Assembly (NCBI GenBank): GCA_963786935.1
Contig: CAWBAN010000001.1
Location: 1,184,001-1,248,000, forward strand
Direction: 5' to 3'
DNA from: an uncultured bacterium
Lineage (GTDB): Bacteria > Krumholzibacteriota > Krumholzibacteriia > Krumholzibacteriales > Krumholzibacteriaceae
DNA length: 64,000 nt
This document shows, one piece after another, positions 61,403-64,000 of this stretch (position 1 is its first letter; every line of letters begins with the position of its first letter). The position numbers and the translations under genes were made by a program. The notes under the pieces are model-generated. The model was not told the origin of the DNA and did no database searches. It saw only the letters and a program-made list of their open reading frames with translations.

Positions 61403-62977
61403 TCATGCGCGTGCGGACCGCTTCCGGCGCGGCGCCGAACGCCCGCCGATCATCGCGACGAGCCGCGAGTACATCGTTCGGGGAGAACCCGGTTCATCGA
61501 GCCGCGCGGCGAAGAGCTTCTGAACGGTTCCCCGCTTCACGCGTCCGGCTCGGTACTCGGCATGCAGGGCTTCGCCGATGCTGGAGCCCCGCCCTATCGC
61601 GTCGATCAGGAGCCGCTTCGAACGAAGCGATGGAACCCCGGTGTCCTCGGCCTCCGTGCGGCGCCCGGCACAGATACAGTCCTCGTCGAAGCAATCGAGC
61701 AGCGGATCGACGATCTTCGCGGCGAAGCAGACCAGCGCCTCGTCGACGGCGGCGCCGGAGCTCTCGTCCTCCGGCGCAAGCCTCCTTCCGCCGCGCTCCA
61801 TGGTCGCCCCGCGCATGAGATAAAGAACGAAACGCGCGGCTTCCCGGATGATGCGCCCCGCAAAGGGCCCCACGACGAGCAGCGTGTTTATGGACGGAAC
61901 ATAGCGCATCCCGGCGAATTTGAGGTATTCGAGAATTGCCGTTATCTCCCGCGCATCGATTCTTCGCGACCGCAGATAGGCCGAAAAGGCGTGGTACGTC
62001 GAGCGGCGCTGCACCTCGGGCAGGAGCGTCTCGAGCGTCTCGCGGCGCCCGTTCGCGAGCGCTATCGGCGATTTCTTCTTGTTCCCCGAGAAAAACGAAT
62101 ATATCTCCCCGATCGTCTCGTGGAAGAGCGGCGTCACCGTATCCGTCTCCTCGCCCTCCGTCCACGCGTCGAGGATCTGCAGGTACGCCTGGTATTTCAT
62201 CATCGGGGGCGCGGTGAACACGCAATACCGGCCGTCGTCGATCTGCACCGCTTCGGCGCGCTCGCTTCCCCGCCGCAGGAGCCGCCAGTAGATCTCGTCG
62301 ATGTTCTGCACGATGACGATGTCGTTCGCCGTTCCGCCGAGCTCCGCGCGGACCCGCGTGGGGAGATGATTCGAGGCGAGATGCGACTCCCCGACGACGA
62401 CGAGGATGAGGTGCTCCGGAAAGAACTTCCGGATAGTGCCGATTCTCTTCGCGGCCAGTCGGTCGCGCCGGCGGATGTACCTGAGATGGTCCCGGTGCTC
62501 CGAGTCGATGCCGAAAATCGGGATGAAGGGATCCTTTGCGAGCTCGAAGAACCGGCGGTAGCTTCTCCAGTCGAATCCCCATTCCTTGCGGTATTCGATT
62601 CTGCGGAGAAACTCCTCCTCGCCGATAATCCCTTTCATCCACCGGTCGAGGGAATCCTGCTGGTAAACGTAGAGCATCTCGAGGACGAGCACGACCGATC
62701 GCCCCCGCTCGGATAGCTCTTTCATGAGGCGAAGCACGAAATCCTGGCTCGCGTCGAGGGGATGGTAGTCGCCGAAGTAGACGACGTCGCGGCGCGAGGC
62801 CTCCGCGATCACGTCGTCGACGCGCGCAATCGACCGAAACTCGCGGAACTCCGCGTCGAACTCCCTGATGTAGCGGGAGCGGTGCGTTTTGTCGACGCCG
62901 AAGATCTCGCGCTTGAGGCGCGCGACGGCGCGGCGGTTCGCCCGGATTTCCTCTTCGATCGCCTTCGATACGGCCAT
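61403..62977 (-). CDS. ChaN/DUF399-like domain protein with extended C-terminus
   Basis: DVVYFGDYH, LVLEM, Q..LD.W..G, W..Y, RD, VVVGESH; no signal peptide. Confidence 0.7.
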   Translation of the reverse strand: MAVSKAIEEEIRANRRAVARLKREIFGVDKTHRSRYIREFDAEFREFRSIARVDDVIAEASRRDVVYFGDYHPLDASQDFVLRLMKELSERGRSVVLVLEMLYVYQQDSLDRWMKGIIGEEEFLRRIEYRKEWGFDWRSYRRFFELAKDPFIPIFGIDSEHRDHLRYIRRRDRLAAKRIGTIRKFFPEHLILVVVGESHLASNHLPTRVRAELGGTANDIVIVQNIDEIYWRLLRRGSERAEAVQIDDGRYCVFTAPPMMKYQAYLQILDAWTEGEETDTVTPLFHETIGEIYSFFSGNKKKSPIALANGRRETLETLLPEVQRRSTYHAFSAYLRSRRIDAREITAILEYLKFAGMRYVPSINTLLVVGPFAGRIIREAARFVLYLMRGATMERGGRRLAPEDESSGAAVDEALVCFAAKIVDPLLDCFDEDCICAGRRTEAEDTGVPSLRSKRLLIDAIGRGSSIGEALHAEYRAGRVKRGTVQKLFAARLDEPGSPRTMYSRLVAMIGGRSAPRRKRSARA

Positions 62978-63113
62978 TGCCCCCCCGATCGCCGCGGCGC
63001 GGCGATGATTTCGGTCGACAACGGGGCCGCGTTGCTCTACTCTCTCCTCTTATAGCATGAGCCGCACCGGCGCGCATACGCTTTGCTGATCCGCAACGAA
63101 GAATGGAGGATCG

Positions 63114-64000
63114 ATGAATCCGGCGCTCGAACCGAATATTGCTGAAATCCGCGCGAAACTGCTCAAGGCACTCGACGAGAAACGAAGCTCCCTGCACGAA
63201 CACGAGATCTACGAGATTCTCGGCCTCGCCGGTTTTCGCGTCCCGCGCACCCGCTTCGTCGCGAACAAGAAGGAGCTCGACGCGCTCGGACGCGCGGGGC
63301 TTCCGGGCGACGAGGTCGTCTGCAAGCTCATCTCGCCGGGGATGCCGCACCGGACGGAATTCGGCGGGATCAGATTCGCGCCGAACGATCCGCGCGAGCT
63401 CGCCGCCGTGTTCCAGGATTTCGAGCGGATCGCCGCGAAGGCGCGCGTGCCGTTCGCCGGCATGATGATCGCCGAGAAGGTGCCGGGGAAGGATTCGATC
63501 CCCCACCAGCTCCTCATATCGCTCCGGCAGGATCCCTCGTTCGGCCCGGTCGTGTTTTGCGGGCTCGGCGGCGTGGGAACCGAGGTGTACAAGAAGAGCC
63601 TCGCGAAGGAGAAAGGCCTCTTCATCAGATCGGCCGCGGATATCGCCGACCGCGAAGGCACCGAGCGCACCCTCGACGCGACGTTCTTCTATCCCGTGAT
63701 CGCGGGAAAGACGCGCGTCGCGCGGGAGCCGATCGTCGACACGGCGAGGCTCAAAGCGGCGCTCGCCGCGTTCGCGAAGCTCGGCGAGGTCTTCTCCCCG
63801 CTCGCCGCGGACTCCCCCGTCACGATCGAGGAGATCGAGGTCAACCCGCTCCAGATCACGGACGGCGGGGAGCTCGTGCCGCTCGACGCGCTGATGCGCA
63901 TCTCGGGAACGAAGCACGATCTCGCCGCGCCGCCGCAGGAAGGCATCGTCAGGCTGCTCCAGCCGAAGAGCGCCCTCGTCATCGGCGCCTCGGCGAACAA
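63114..64000 (+). CDS. ADP-forming acyl/acetate-CoA ligase family protein, ATP-grasp domain first; 3' end runs off the window (absent from the ORF track)
   Basis: GGAGG RBS then ATG 63114; hand translation LHEHEIYEIL, KLISPGMPHRTEFGG, QDPSFGPVVFCGLGG, EIEVNPL, then LLQPKSALVIGASAN (start of CoA-binding domain). Confidence 0.85.
   Translation, partial: MNPALEPNIAEIRAKLLKALDEKRSSLHEHEIYEILGLAGFRVPRTRFVANKKELDALGRAGLPGDEVVCKLISPGMPHRTEFGGIRFAPNDPRELAAVFQDFERIAAKARVPFAGMMIAEKVPGKDSIPHQLLISLRQDPSFGPVVFCGLGGVGTEVYKKSLAKEKGLFIRSAADIADREGTERTLDATFFYPVIAGKTRVAREPIVDTARLKAALAAFAKLGEVFSPLAADSPVTIEEIEVNPLQITDGGELVPLDALMRISGTKHDLAAPPQEGIVRLLQPKSALVIGASAN

Overview
High-GC bacterial chromosome segment with almost all genes on the minus strand. 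Lipid A synthesis (LpxH), Omp85, a PorV-like barrel, FlgD-Ig/T9SS-type C-terminal domains and a short sigma-70 lacking region 1.1 suggest a diderm FCB-group organism, plausibly Krumholzibacteriota/Latescibacterota/Eisenbacteria-like (inference). Housekeeping blocks: phoH-HD(PgpH-like)-ybeY-corC-DUF502-recO-glyQ-glyS; amidase-ybbR-...-vanZ-hisS-aspS; rlmN; eno-ftsB-tRNA-fMet; Trk/Ktr. Between them lie large secreted CTD-bearing proteins, a family of uncharacterised lipoproteins (one close paralog pair 53 kb apart) and a sigmaW-like ECF operon with its own promoter. The most novel-looking locus is 33.9-39.5 kb. A 115-aa signal-peptide precursor with a GGDADDYG core sits directly upstream of a 1021-aa TPR/sigma54-activator fusion. 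These are followed by an 870-bp gene-free stretch holding two tandem structured RNA candidates and sigma54/IHF/UAS-like sites. Together this suggests an undescribed peptide-sensing sigma54 circuit (inference). Other highlights: a ~280-nt, end-to-end paired 5' leader on a 1039-aa putative surface protein, an M6-family protein that has lost its zinc ligands, and a homopolymer frameshift in ybeY. No CRISPR array, transposase, integrase or reverse transcriptase was seen. All calls are by eye; no database searches were run.
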